From: an uncultured Phycisphaerae bacterium
GTDB taxonomy: Bacteria; Planctomycetota; Phycisphaerae; UBA1845; JANYLN01
DNA: 64,000 nt
NCBI GenBank assembly: GCA_963767465.1
Contig: CAVYDW010000003.1
Location: 848,116-912,115, forward strand
Reading direction: 5' to 3'
The notes under the pieces are model-generated. The model was not told the DNA's origin. It made no database searches and saw only the letters and a list, made by a program, of their open reading frames with translations. Numbering within the stretch: the stretch's first letter is position 1; the number at the start of each line of letters is the position of its first letter. Positions 1 through 10,823 of this stretch are shown here, piece after piece. The position numbers and the translations under genes are program-made.

Positions 1-991
1 GACGAAAATGTCGAGCGGGTTGACGAACGCTGGGTTGCCTCTGATGGTGCGGGTGGGGGCGACATTGCCGTTGAGGTTGGCGGCGTTGGCATAGACAAGA
101 ACCGTGTCGGTCACGTTGTTGACCACGTACAGATTGCCGTGGCTGTCCAACTTGATTCCCGCAGGGCGGGTCATCACGCCCGCTGTCGTGATCGTGCGAG
201 TGGGAGCGGCGTTGCCCGTAACGGTTGATGCGTTTGCATACACGAGAATGGCCGGACTGGCGCCATCCACCCTGCCTACAAAGAGCAGGTCATCGGCCTC
301 ATCGAGGGCCAGTGTGGCCGGGTGTCCCGAGGCCCCAGTTAGGCCAGTAGCCGGGCCTTGCACGTTGCGGGCAGGGGCGAAGTTGCCGTTAGCAGTCGCC
401 GCGCTGGCGTACGCTGTGATCGAGAAGCCGCCGTAATTGGCCACGATCAGCGAGCCCGCCGAGTTCACAACCACGTCCACGGGCATGACCAAGCCGGTCT
501 GCGCCGGACAGGTTTGTCGTGGGCACGATGTTCCCGTTGACCGTCGCTGGATTGGCATAGCTGACCACGCTATTGGCACCGGCAGTGAAATTGGCGATGA
601 AGAGCTGGGGCGTGACAGCGGCCGCGGTAACGGTGACGCTGACGCTAGCGCTGTCGGTGCCCCCATGACCGTCATTGACGGTCAACTGGAAGGTCAGGGT
701 CGTAGCGGCGCTGGGGGCCGTGAAGGTGGGTTGGGCGGTGTCGGGGTTAGTCAGAGTTACCGCCGTGCCTCCGGTCTGCGTCCAGGCGTACGTGAGGGTC
801 TCACCGGTAGGAGCTGTGCTGGCCGACCCGTCCAAGGTGACTGAAGCACCGGCCGAGACGGTCTGGTTCGAACCAGCGTTGGCCACGGGTGACTGATTGC
901 TGGGGCTGGGACATCCGCCAATCAACAGGAGCAGGCTGGTAGCGGCGACCAAGCCTTTCATTACCGATCGGCACATCAGATTACCGAGCAT
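1..991 (-). CDS. Lipoprotein with PKD/REJ-like domain and NHL-like beta-propeller repeats (runs off the window; frameshift near 510)
   Basis: GAGGAGG RBS before ATG at 991; lipobox LLLIGGC; PKD motif PVANAGSNQTV..VTLDGSAST..LTYAWTQT; after a frameshift, repeated NGN(I/F/V)xP(T/A) units separated by ~50 aa. Confidence 0.7.
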
Positions 992-1135
992 GATCCGGTA
1001 CCTCCTCACGTCAGACTTGAGATTCGACAGAATGAGGCTGCCGCACACGAACGGAGCGGCTCATGAGTGGCAGTCATCCTAAATGAAAGATACTCCTTGT
1101 CAAGACACTTCCCCCTGGGCCTCCTCCGCTGCCAC

Positions 1136-1643
1136 GGGTGCGTGACAGATTCTGCGGGGCCGTTCTGGTAAGATAGGGAAAGGCTGGCAGGGTGGCCAGC
1201 GGGCAGGGGAGTTCAATCAAGGAGGAAGGGAACCATGCCGGCACGGAGCACACGGCAAGAGTCGCGGGATCGGATTTTCAAGGCATTCCAGGCGCAGTTG
1301 GACCGGGTGATCCCGGCCGATGAGCAAGTGCCGCTGAAGGGGTCTGTCTTTGTGGACTTCGAGGAGCAGGCCGAGGCGTTGATCCGGGCGGCCTGGCCGG
1401 TATTCCTGGAAGAGCGGGCGGCGTTGGAGCCCAATGCCCGGGTCGAGGTGGGCGGACGGTGTCCGCACTGCGGGTCGGACCGGGTGTACCTGGAGAAGCG
1501 GACCACGCAAGCGGAGGCGCTGTCGGCTCATGGGCCGGTGGTGCTGCCCAAGCAGCATGCCAGGTGCCGGTCTTGCGACCGGTCTTTTTCCCCCTCAGGT
1601 ACGTGACTGGGGTCTGCCGGGGGAGTTGCCCCTGACGCCTCGG
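1136..1643 (+). mobile_element. Truncated ISKra4-like IS (5' part only)
   Basis: ORF 1235-1606 has CPHCG..CRSC zinc knuckles and ends at slippery TTTTTCCCCCT; the -1 frame continues FPPQVRDWGL and is cut at ~1643; GGGTGCGTGACAG at 1136 resembles an ISKra4 end. Confidence 0.55.
1235..1606 (+). CDS. ISKra4-like transposase N-terminal ORF
   Basis: Strong RBS AAGGAGGAAGG; CxxC pairs; ends in the SFSP/FFP frameshift motif typical of this family. Confidence 0.55.
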   Translation: MPARSTRQESRDRIFKAFQAQLDRVIPADEQVPLKGSVFVDFEEQAEALIRAAWPVFLEERAALEPNARVEVGGRCPHCGSDRVYLEKRTTQAEALSAHGPVVLPKQHARCRSCDRSFSPSGT

Positions 1644-1644
1644 G

Positions 1645-1674
1645 AACTAACTAGGGACAAACTAACTAGGGACA
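1645..1674 (+). repeat. Tandem direct repeat AACTAACTAGGGACA x2
   Basis: Exact 15-bp copies at 1645-1659 and 1660-1674, at the junction that truncates the ISKra4-like ORF. Confidence 0.9.
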
Positions 1675-1700
1675 GTCACCCTTTATATTGACAGCGGCGC

Positions 1701-3290
1701 GTAACTGTTTACCGTCCCGCAGGGCGTTTGTCATGACGTGTCGGTCAGCAAGGTTACCGGCTGGCCAGCCCAAGCGGCTCGCAGCAGCGTTTCAATCGTC
1801 TCGACCAGAGGCCGGCCCTGCTGCTGGGTCGTCCGCATCACGCTGGCCAGGATCGCCCAGGCCGCAGCGCCTTCTCGCTGCGACTGCCGCCGGTGATCTT
1901 GCGCATCACCACCGGCGGTCGCAAGGCCCGCTCGGCCGCATTGTTCGTCCCGTCCACCCGCGGATCGTGCAGGAACGTCGTGAGCCGATACCGGTACTTG
2001 CCCAGCCTGGCCGCCAATCGCCGCGCCTCCGGGTGATCCCAGGACGCATCCGCCAGGTTTCCCAGCCGCGTCTCGATCCCCTTGACCTGTCGGGCGTACG
2101 CCGCCGGTTCCATCGCCTCGCGACGCCGGGCCAGCCGCAGCATTTCCTGCACCAGACTCTTGCATTGGCGGAAGAACGCGTGCTTTACCAGCGCCGGGTG
2201 TTTCTGCGTCGTGTCGCGCAACTCCCGCAGCAGGTGCGTCAGACACTTCTGCTGCGGGCAGTCAAACGGGTCGTAGGCGGCGTAGAAGTCGCTGACCAGC
2301 GTACCGCCGAAGGCCTCACCCAGCAGCCCCGCAATCACCTGGCCGCCACGGGAGCGGTCCACGTGATACACGGTGTGCTGGGGATTCGTCAGTGTCCAGA
2401 GGTATCCATTCTTCCCGTGGGTCCGCCATCCGGTCTCATCCGCATGCACCACCCCCGCGGCCCGCAGCACCCACTTCAGCCGGTCGTACTGCCCTTGCAG
2501 CCAGCGGCCCAGTCGCTGGATCTGCTTGGCGATGGCAGCCGGACTGATCCGCAACCCCGGCAAATCCGCGAAGAGCTGGCTGATCTGTCGTAAGGGCAGG
2601 CGGTAGCACACCCGCAGCACCGCGGCGGTCGCCAGGGCGTGGAGCCCCAACTGGGCGTGCGGCAGGTCCGCGGCCGGCGGCTGATCTTCGCCTCGCGACT
2701 CGACCCGCTTACGGCAATGCGGGCAATAGCCGCTGTGGGTCGTATAGCAGGTAGTGATGATCTCGACGGGAACCATGTCCTCGACCAGACGCCGGTGATG
2801 CCTTACCTGGCTCAGTTGCGTTCGGCAGTCCGGACAGCAGAGCCTGCCCCGCCTGTCTACCGGCAGAGAGATCTCCTGCCGTACATCGATCTTGCCCGGT
2901 CGGGGCCGTAACGCCGCCTCATGCCCGGCCGGTCGCCCTGGCTTGCGGCCAGGTCGCTCGGGTACGTTGGGTTTGACGAAGGCCGGCGGCGGCACGCGTC
3001 CGGCGGGCGAGGAGTGCGTCAGGTCGGCCAGACGCCGCTTGAGTCGGGTGTTTTCCGCCAGAAGTCGCTCGTTGGCTTTGCGCAGCGCCAGGGCCTTGCC
3101 CGCGAATTCGGCAACCTGCCGGTGCAGAGCGTTGTTCTCGATCTGCAGGACATGAGCCCGGCGTTCGTGCATCCGTGCCATCGCCTTGCCGTCATCCATG
3201 ACGCCAAAAGCGTAGCGCCAACTCCCCCCAAAGGCAAAGCCCCTCCACCCCCACGCCGAAACAGCCGCCTCATCGACGGTAAACAGTTAC
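1701..3290 (-). mobile_element. IS66-family element (single-ORF type), 1590 bp
   Basis: Perfect 16-bp TIR GTAACTGTTTACCGTC (1701-1716 / 3275-3290); 8-bp TSD AGCGGCGC (1693-1700 / 3291-3298). Confidence 0.95.
1731..3199 (-). CDS. IS66 transposase (frameshift near 1860)
   Basis: Coiled-coil N-terminus, CPDC/CPHC, HADETGW, LVSDFYAAY, QKCLTHLLR, TNNAAERALR. Confidence 0.92.
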
Positions 3291-3320
3291 AGCGGCGCCT
3301 TGCAGCAGTATACTCGCATC

Positions 3321-3995
3321 ATGCCACGAGTCGCCAGGACCATTATCCCGAACTGCCCGCACCATGTTACCCAGCGCGGCAACAACCGCCAGGACGTCTT
3401 CTTTGCCGCCGAAGACTATGACCTCTACCTGCAGATCCTTCGCCAGAAGGCGGCTGAGTTCGGCCTGGCCCTCGACGGCTACTGCCTGATGACCAACCAC
3501 GTCCACCTGATCGTCACGCCCGCCAGCGAGCAGGCCCTGGCCCAGGCGATCGGCCGGACGCACTTCCTCTACAGCCAGACCATCAACCGCCTGCACGGCC
3601 GCAGCGGGCACCTGTGGCAGAACCGGTTCTACTCGTGTGCCCTGGACGGCGAGCACTTCTGGACGGCCATGGCGTACGTCGAGCAGAACCCGGTGCGGGC
3701 GCGGCTGGTGCGGAAGGCGTGGCGGTACGGGCATTCCAGCGCGGCGGCCCACGTGACGGGGGAGGACGCGGCCGGACTGCTGGACCTGCGGGGCTGGCGG
3801 GCGCGCAAGCCGCCGGCCTGGCAGGCGGCGCTGGACGACCGGCAGGAAGGGCCGACGGTCGAGCGGATGCGGCGGCACACGTCGCGGGGCCGGCCGCTGG
3901 GCAGTGACCGTTGGCTGGCGAAGCTGGAGGCGCGGCTGGGGCGGCGGTTGCGGCCGCTGCCGGTGGGTCGGCCGAAGGGGTGGCGGAAGAAATAA
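3321..3995 (+). CDS. REP-associated tyrosine transposase (RAYT, Y1 HUH)
   Basis: HHVTQRGNNRQDVF, MTNHVHL (HUH), LWQNRFYS, YVEQNPVRA. Confidence 0.9.
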   Translation: MPRVARTIIPNCPHHVTQRGNNRQDVFFAAEDYDLYLQILRQKAAEFGLALDGYCLMTNHVHLIVTPASEQALAQAIGRTHFLYSQTINRLHGRSGHLWQNRFYSCALDGEHFWTAMAYVEQNPVRARLVRKAWRYGHSSAAAHVTGEDAAGLLDLRGWRARKPPAWQAALDDRQEGPTVERMRRHTSRGRPLGSDRWLAKLEARLGRRLRPLPVGRPKGWRKK

Positions 3996-4353
3996 GCGGG
4001 GACTGCCCCCTGGGTAGACCTGGCTAGATGGGGCGCCGGTGGGTATCAGGGACAAGAATCTCTTCCTGACGCCTTCATCTCTCTCCTCATATGACATTAC
4101 GGCATAACGGGTTACGGATTGCGGAGCATCCCGAGTTCTTGGCACCGGATGCCACTGGCTGCGGTGGCCAGGCGGGCTCGGCACAGACGCGGGCCTTGAT
4201 CTTTTGCAAAAACGCCACCGATCAGTATGATTGGACAGGCGCATTTCGTGGCGTGGTTGTTTACCTCATCAGGAGGTAGCAGAGAGGTTGTATGGTCCGC
4301 TGCGGAGGTTCGGCGGATCCGTCGTCGTTTGGTTGGAATCAGGAGGATTTGAC

Positions 4354-4632
4354 ATGGTGATTCGCAAAAACAAGTCTGAAGTTACCTTCGTGCTGCGGCT
4401 GGCGCAACCGGCCAAGGCCGTCCGCGTCGTCGGCTCCTTCAACGAGTGGGACCAGGAGCAGGGGCGGATGCAGAAGGGCAAGAACAATGAGTGGCGAAAG
4501 CGCATGAACCTGCAGCCGGGGCGATACGAGTACAAGTTCATCGTCGACGGTGATTGGCAGGTCGACCCGGATGCGGCCGAGTGCGTGACCAACTCGTTCG
4601 GCACGATCAACTCGGTGTTGCAGTTCGCCTGA
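4354..4632 (+). CDS. Small glycogen-binding (CBM48/AMPK-beta-like) protein
   Basis: AGGAGG RBS; VRVVGSFNEW, LQPGRYEYKFIVDGDWQVDP, NSFGTINS. Confidence 0.85.
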   Translation: MVIRKNKSEVTFVLRLAQPAKAVRVVGSFNEWDQEQGRMQKGKNNEWRKRMNLQPGRYEYKFIVDGDWQVDPDAAECVTNSFGTINSVLQFA

Positions 4633-4646
4633 TACCGGGGGCGAGC

Positions 4647-5463
4647 CTACGAGCCGATCGCCGCCAGCAGCTCGGCGTGCAGACGCGGGCCGGCTGCCAG
4701 GACGGCCAGGACCTCCGGCGCTTCGGACTGCGCCGGGATATCCATCGGAAACACGGGACGACCCCGTAGGTCGGTCACAACGCCGCCCGCCTCGGTAACC
4801 GCCAGGCTGGCGGCGGCGATGTCCCACACGCGCACCTCGGTCACGATAGCGGCATCGAGCAGGCCGGCTGCCACCATCGCCAGGTGCAGCGCGGATAAGC
4901 CGTAGTTGCGAACGACGCACCGGCTGCACCAGCGGGCCAGGCCTTCCGGCAAGACCGCCAGGTTCCTGCTGGGCACGCCGACCAGGACGTCCTGGTCGGA
5001 GGCCCTGTCGAGCTGTCCCCACCTGCGCGGTATCTCGGTATGCACCTCGACCAGTTGCCGCGGAGAAGACCATCCCCGTACCAGCCTCGACCAGCGCCAC
5101 GGCCATCGGCATGCGGCGATCGGCCACCGCCACCGAGCAGCAGTACCACGGCAGGCCCCGGGCGTAACTGCGGGTGCCGTCGATCGGATCGATGATCCAG
5201 AACCTCGCCGCGCCAGCCGGGTCGGCGCCGCCCGCCGTACCGGCGGATTCCTCGCCGATGATGGCATCGGATGGGAAGTCGCGATGGATGATCTCGATCA
5301 GCTCCCGTTCCACGGCCGTATCGGCCTCGGTAACGAGGCTGGCATCGGCCTTTCGCTGGCGGGGGATGTCCGCCCGCTGCATTCGACGGGCGATCTGGGC
5401 GCCCTGATTGGCCAGGCGAATGCATATTCTACGGAGATCATCCAGTTCATCGCGGTGTTGCAC
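4647..5463 (-). CDS. Inositol monophosphatase family protein (frameshift near 5040)
   Basis: SLVTEAD, IIGEE, WIIDPIDGT, then VWDIAAASLAVTEAGGVVTD in another frame. Confidence 0.85.
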
Positions 5464-5685
5464 GGTTGCCTCCCGAGGACGGCAAAGGTTGTCGCAGCCG
5501 TATGATAGTGCCGCATGCGGAAAGTGCCATCAAGCGGGCAAGACCCCCCTGCCGATAATTGCAGACGAGCTGACGCTGCGCTCGCGAGGTGCGCCCCTCT
5601 GGCGACCATCATGTTCGTGGATGCCGCGGGTTGGGCCGCGCGGCTGGCGCGGCGTTGCAGCAGACCTCAGGACGGAGTCGACCGG

Positions 5686-6492
5686 ATGAGCCATCGGAAG
5701 ATCACATTCGTCGTGCAGACCGATAATCACAGTTCTCGTGTACTCAGGACCCTGCCTTTGCTGCGGGCCAGCACCGGAAGGCTCGCGCACGAGATCGTCG
5801 TGATCGATAGCGGCGGTCCCGACGGCACGGCTGAGGTCATTGCCGAGAGGTTTCCACAGGTTCGCCTGATCGAACTGGATGCCGGTCCAGCTGCCGCGGC
5901 CCGCAACGTCGCCATCGCGGCGGCGGGGGCCGAGTTCGTCTTCCTGCTCGACGACGCCACCTGGCCGGACAAGGGCACGACCGAATTCGCGCTGCGCACG
6001 ATGGCTGAGCAGCCGCGACTGGCTGCGGCCGATTGCAGGATCCGCACGCTGGGCGAGCCGCCCAGACCCGAAACCGGTGGTCCAAGCGGCCTGCTTTCCG
6101 GTACGGCTGTGGTGCTGCGGCGGCAGGCGATCCTGGCAGTCGGCGGCTATCCCCTCGATTGCGGCGATCTGGCCGACTGCGATCTGTCCGCCAGGCTCTG
6201 GCGCGGCGGCTGGCAGGTCAAGCACTTCGAGGCGATGACGGTCTGCCGCGAGGCGGATGCCGCCCCGCTGGAGCCGATCAGCCTGCCCAATGCCTTCGGC
6301 GCCAATAGCCTGCGATTCTGGTCGCGGTATTCCCCGGCGGAGCGCTACGAGGATTTTGTGGGCGAGTCGGTCACGCACTGTCGCACCCACAGACGCCCGC
6401 TGACATTGGCGCAGTTCGACTGCCTGGTCGGCGTGCAAGAGACGCCGGTCCGGCCGCAGCAGGTGGCGATGGGGGTACCGACGGCAGCATAG
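5686..6492 (+). CDS. Glycosyltransferase family 2 protein
   Basis: EIVVIDSGGPDGT, AARNVAI, FLLDD, VGGY. Confidence 0.7.
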   Translation: MSHRKITFVVQTDNHSSRVLRTLPLLRASTGRLAHEIVVIDSGGPDGTAEVIAERFPQVRLIELDAGPAAAARNVAIAAAGAEFVFLLDDATWPDKGTTEFALRTMAEQPRLAAADCRIRTLGEPPRPETGGPSGLLSGTAVVLRRQAILAVGGYPLDCGDLADCDLSARLWRGGWQVKHFEAMTVCREADAAPLEPISLPNAFGANSLRFWSRYSPAERYEDFVGESVTHCRTHRRPLTLAQFDCLVGVQETPVRPQQVAMGVPTAA

Positions 6493-6576
6493 GGGGCCTT
6501 TCCGCCGCTTGGATAACGCGCATATCCGACGTACACTGGCAGCCGGTCAGAGTCCGTTTTTTGCGCAAGGATCGGC

Positions 6577-8443
6577 ATGCGGTTTTTCCACCAATTGCTG
6601 GCGACCGTACTGGTCACCCTCCTGGCGGTGCTGGGCTGGGACCTGAGCCAGCGCCGCGTCAGCTGACGATGGCAAGCAAGTGATCATCTACGCGGGCATG
6701 TTCGGCCCCGGCGAGCCGATGCAGCTGCTCTACTCCGGGCCGCCGCCGCAACTGGCCTCTGACCACCCGTTCGGCGCGGACGCGCCCGCCCACTACGCCG
6801 CGCTCTTGCAGGCGTGGCCGGACATGGCGGCGAAGGTGCGGGCGAATTACCAGCGGGCGTTCCGGCGGCGACTGGAGGTTCCTGGGGACGCATCGGGCAA
6901 GATCGCCGGTGATCTTCCGCCTGCCAGCCGACCCCCTGCTGCGCAGGGGGCTTATTCGGCGGCCTCTTTCGACGCGATTCCGCTCGTCGAGCGGTACCGG
7001 CAAGCTCGATCGCGAGTACGTTGAGCAGCTTGTCGAGTCGATTGGACAACGGGACCAGGCCAATCGTCTGAAGCTCTTCCACGCGTTCGCACAGCGCCAT
7101 CCGCAGCATGATGCGCGGATGATCCAGGTGTTCCAGTCTCTGCACCCGGCCCTGCGGATCGGGCTGTTCGAGGACTTCAGGCGCCGCTGGCCGCAATACG
7201 AGATCGAGGAGCGCTGGGACGGCCGGTACGTCCTGTCGAACAACCGCCCGCGTTTCCTGACCGGCACGGACGTACCGGACATCGTGGCCGGGGACCTGGC
7301 GGAGCTGCGTATCCTCTACCGCGAGGACCTGGCCCTGCCGCTGGACCAGCCGATTGCGGACGCGGACGACCCCGTCTGGCGGGAGAAGGGCATCCTGTAC
7401 GGCCCGACCTGTAACGACCCGAACGTCGCGATCCGCGACACCTTCAACGCCGTCGCCGCCGAGGCCAGCCGGTACACGATCCGCGACGAGGATGTCCGGG
7501 AAAACCACCATCCCTATCCAGCCGGCACGCGGATCACCTACCTCTGGCCCATTCTCGTGCACACGCAGGCGGTCTTCTACAACAAGGCGCACTTCGCGAG
7601 GATCGGCCGCGCCCCGAATCCGCGCCCCAAACGGTCGACGAGTTCGAGCACATCTGCCGGCAGCTGCTGGCGGCGGGCATCGAGCCGATCGCCCAGGATG
7701 GGATGGTCTACATCGAGGGGTGGTGGTTCGGCCTGGCCGACCGCCTGATGGGCTACGGTCCGCAGCTGGCGACGTGCCGGGGCGACCTGCCGCGGTTCGC
7801 CGGGCCGCAGGGCGACCCGCGGTACCTGCAGATCGCGCAGAGGCTGCGACGGTGGCGCGAAGAGGGCTTCTGGATGAGGCAGTTCTCCGCCAGCAAGTGG
7901 CCCGGCGCACAGCGAGACTTCGGGGCCGGCAAGTGTACGTTCCTGTTGACCGGGACCTGGCTGCCGGCCGAGATCGCCCGGACGCGAAGCGACGACCCGG
8001 CTGTGTTCGACCTGTCGTGTTTCATCTTCCCGGCATGGCCCGGTGGCGCCGGCAACCCGCGGAGCCTCTCGGCGGTCGGGCAGGGACACGCGATCACGCG
8101 GCAGGGCCAAAACCACAGGGGCGCCGCAGCCCTGCTGAACTACCTGTCGGCCTATGGGTCGGAATTGGCCTCGCAGGAGCTGCACTACATCTCGGCCCGC
8201 AGGGGCATCCCGTTCCCGGCGGAGATGAAGGCGCTCGAGCCGATCTTCGAGCGGGCCGCCCCCGGCGACATCATCACCAACGGCCTGGCCAGTGACGTGC
8301 CCCTATGTTACAAGTTCGTGCTCATGGAGACGTTCAGCAAGTTTTTCCCGATCCGCAGCGACAACCTCAGCCCGCGGGAATGCGTCGAGGACCTGGAGCG
8401 CAAGGCACAAGGGCTGTATGAACGCTACGGCAAGGGAGGGTAG
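6577..8443 (+). CDS. Carbohydrate ABC transporter substrate-binding protein with long N-terminal extension (several frameshifts)
   Basis: Hydrophobic N-terminus; PILVHTQAVFYNKAHF, FGAGKCTFLLTGTWLP; first gene of a permease operon. Confidence 0.7.
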
Positions 8444-8452
8444 GTTTCGGCG

Positions 8453-9605
8453 ATGATCGTTCGCGGCAGACACGCAAGAGCCCGGCAGGCAGCGATCGCC
8501 CTGGGGATGCTGGCCCCGTCGCTCGTCCTGTTCGGCGTGTTCATGGGCTGGCCGGCCATCGAGGCGTTCCGCATCAGCCTGTACGACTGGACGGGCTTTT
8601 CGCCGCAGGCCCGGTGGGTGGGGCTGAAGCACTTCCGCGAGATGTTCGGCCCGACCGTGTGGGGGTGCGGGCTGCCCTTTGCGGCGGCGCTGACTTGCGG
8701 CGCTGGGGATCGGGCTGTGGCTTGGCCGGGGCCAGACGGGGCCGCTTGAACCGCAACTGCGCCGGCGGCCAAACCCAAAGTGGGCATGGGCGCCGACGTT
8801 GGCGGTGCTGTCCGCGTGGCTGGCCTGGTGGCTCTACGGGACCAGCGACGGCGACGACTTCTTCCGCTGGTGCGTGCGGAACAACTTCCGGCTGATGTTC
8901 GTCGGCGGGATCTTCCAGTTCGTCTTCGCGTTCCTGTTCGCGGCCGGCCTGTCCATGCCGAAGTTCCGCGCCGCGAAGTTCTACCGGACGATGATCTTCT
9001 TTCCGTCGTTCGTCAGCGCCGTCGGCGTGGCGATCCTCTGGCAGCGGGTCTACGACGCCCGCTACGGCCTGTGCAACAGCGCGATCCAGGGCGTCGCCGA
9101 TTGGGCCTCCCGGGCAATCAGCTGGGTCCATCCCATGCACCTGGCGGTCGAGCCGATCGAGTGGCTCGGCAGCGACAGCATGTTCAACTCGATCATCGCG
9201 GCTGGCATCTGGTCGGGCGTGGGGAGCCAGATGATCCTGCTGATTGCCGCCATCCAGCGGATCCCGCCGACGTACTACGAGGCTGCCCGGGTGGACGGGG
9301 CCAACGAGCGACACGTGTTCAGCCACATCACGCTGCCGATGATCCGCGAGGTCATCTTGATCACGCTGACGCTGTGGGTGATCGGGGCGCTGAAGGTCTT
9401 CGGGCTCGTGCAGGCCATGGGGCTCAACCAGGACGAGAAGAGCAGCGTGGTCAGCACGCGGCAGTACGAACTGGCCTTCTCCAATCGCGACAATATCTAC
9501 CAGATGGGCTACGCGACGGCCATGGCCGTGGTGCTGCTCGTGCTGATTGTCGTCTTCGCCGTGGCGCTGCGGCTGTTGCGGAGTGAGGATGAACTGGAGT
9601 TCTGA
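8453..9605 (+). CDS. Carbohydrate ABC transporter permease (MalF-like; frameshifted 8700-8800)
   Basis: ISLYDWTG..WVGLKHF; EAA motif IPPTYYEAARVDGA; MGYATAMAV. Confidence 0.85.
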
Positions 9606-9610
9606 GTGAA

Positions 9611-10780
9611 GTGATGCTGCACCACCTGAACATCCTGGCAGCCGTACCCGAGCGAGTCATCCAGATCGCCAACCCCTTCTGGTACGTCACGTGGTTTACC
9701 GTTGGCGTGGTATTGCTGGCGGCATGGGACCGCACGCGTCTTAAGGCGCTGTACGGCCTGAAGACTCTCTGGGTGGCCTTCTCGATCTTCGCGTTCCTGT
9801 GGGTCGTCATCAGCAGCATGGGCACCAGCAGGGACTTCGTGCAGCAGCCGCAAAGGGCCCTTACGCAGTTCTTCGACTGCCGGAACCCCGTTACCTTCAC
9901 CGCTCTGCTGAGCTGCCTGGCCTGCCTGGCGGGCATCCTCGTGCTGGTCGTCGTGCTTGGCAGGCATCCGCAATTCAGCCGGAGGCGAAAGCATCTCCTC
10001 TATGCCGCACAGACAGTCCTCGGCGCGGGTGGCCTGTTCTGCCTGCTGGCCGGGGCGCACCTCAACGGCTTCGACCAGTGGTACGCCAATTACGTGCGGG
10101 CCTGGACGGTCGCCCGCATGGGCGAGTACATGCTCAACAGCGTGATGATCAGCATCGGCAGCGTCGGGCTGATCATCCTGTGCTCGGCCATGGCGACCTA
10201 CGCCCTGACGAAGCTGGAGTTCCCGGGGCGCGACGCGATCCTGTACATGTTCGTAGCCGCCCTGGCGATCCCGGCGCAGCTGATCCTCGTGCCTCTGTTC
10301 CTGATGATGCGCGGCTGGCACATCCAGTCACTGGACTTCTCGTTCATGGACAGCCGGTTCGGCCTGATCGTCATCTACACCGCCCTGAGCCTGCCGTTCA
10401 CGATCTTCCTGCTGACCGGATTCTTCCGCTCGCTGCCGACGGAACTGGGCGAGGCGGCGGCCATCGACGGATGCGGCGAGTTCACGACCTTCAGCCGGGT
10501 CTACTTCCCGCTGGCCGCGCCGGGTCTGACCACCGCGGCGATCTTCAACTTCATCGGCATCTGGAACGAGTACAACTTCGCCCTGGTCTTCATCACCAAC
10601 CCGCAGCTCAAGACGCTCCCGGTAGGCCTCTACTACCTCGTGGTGACGCAGCAGTACGCAGCCGAGTGGCCCGCCCTGTTCGCCGGGATCGTGATCCTGT
10701 TCGTGCCGACGTTCCTGATCTTCCTGGTCCTGCAGAAGCAGATCATCGCCGGCCTGACCCTCGGCAGCGTCAAGGGATGA
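9611..10780 (+). CDS. Carbohydrate ABC transporter permease (MalG-like)
   Basis: LPTELGEAAAIDGC, WNEYNFAL, TLPVGL, IIAGLTLGSVKG. Confidence 0.9.
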   Translation: MMLHHLNILAAVPERVIQIANPFWYVTWFTVGVVLLAAWDRTRLKALYGLKTLWVAFSIFAFLWVVISSMGTSRDFVQQPQRALTQFFDCRNPVTFTALLSCLACLAGILVLVVVLGRHPQFSRRRKHLLYAAQTVLGAGGLFCLLAGAHLNGFDQWYANYVRAWTVARMGEYMLNSVMISIGSVGLIILCSAMATYALTKLEFPGRDAILYMFVAALAIPAQLILVPLFLMMRGWHIQSLDFSFMDSRFGLIVIYTALSLPFTIFLLTGFFRSLPTELGEAAAIDGCGEFTTFSRVYFPLAAPGLTTAAIFNFIGIWNEYNFALVFITNPQLKTLPVGLYYLVVTQQYAAEWPALFAGIVILFVPTFLIFLVLQKQIIAGLTLGSVKG

Positions 10781-10823
10781 CGCCTTCTTGTTGTCCCACG
10801 CCAGGCCGGATATAGTCCGAGTC

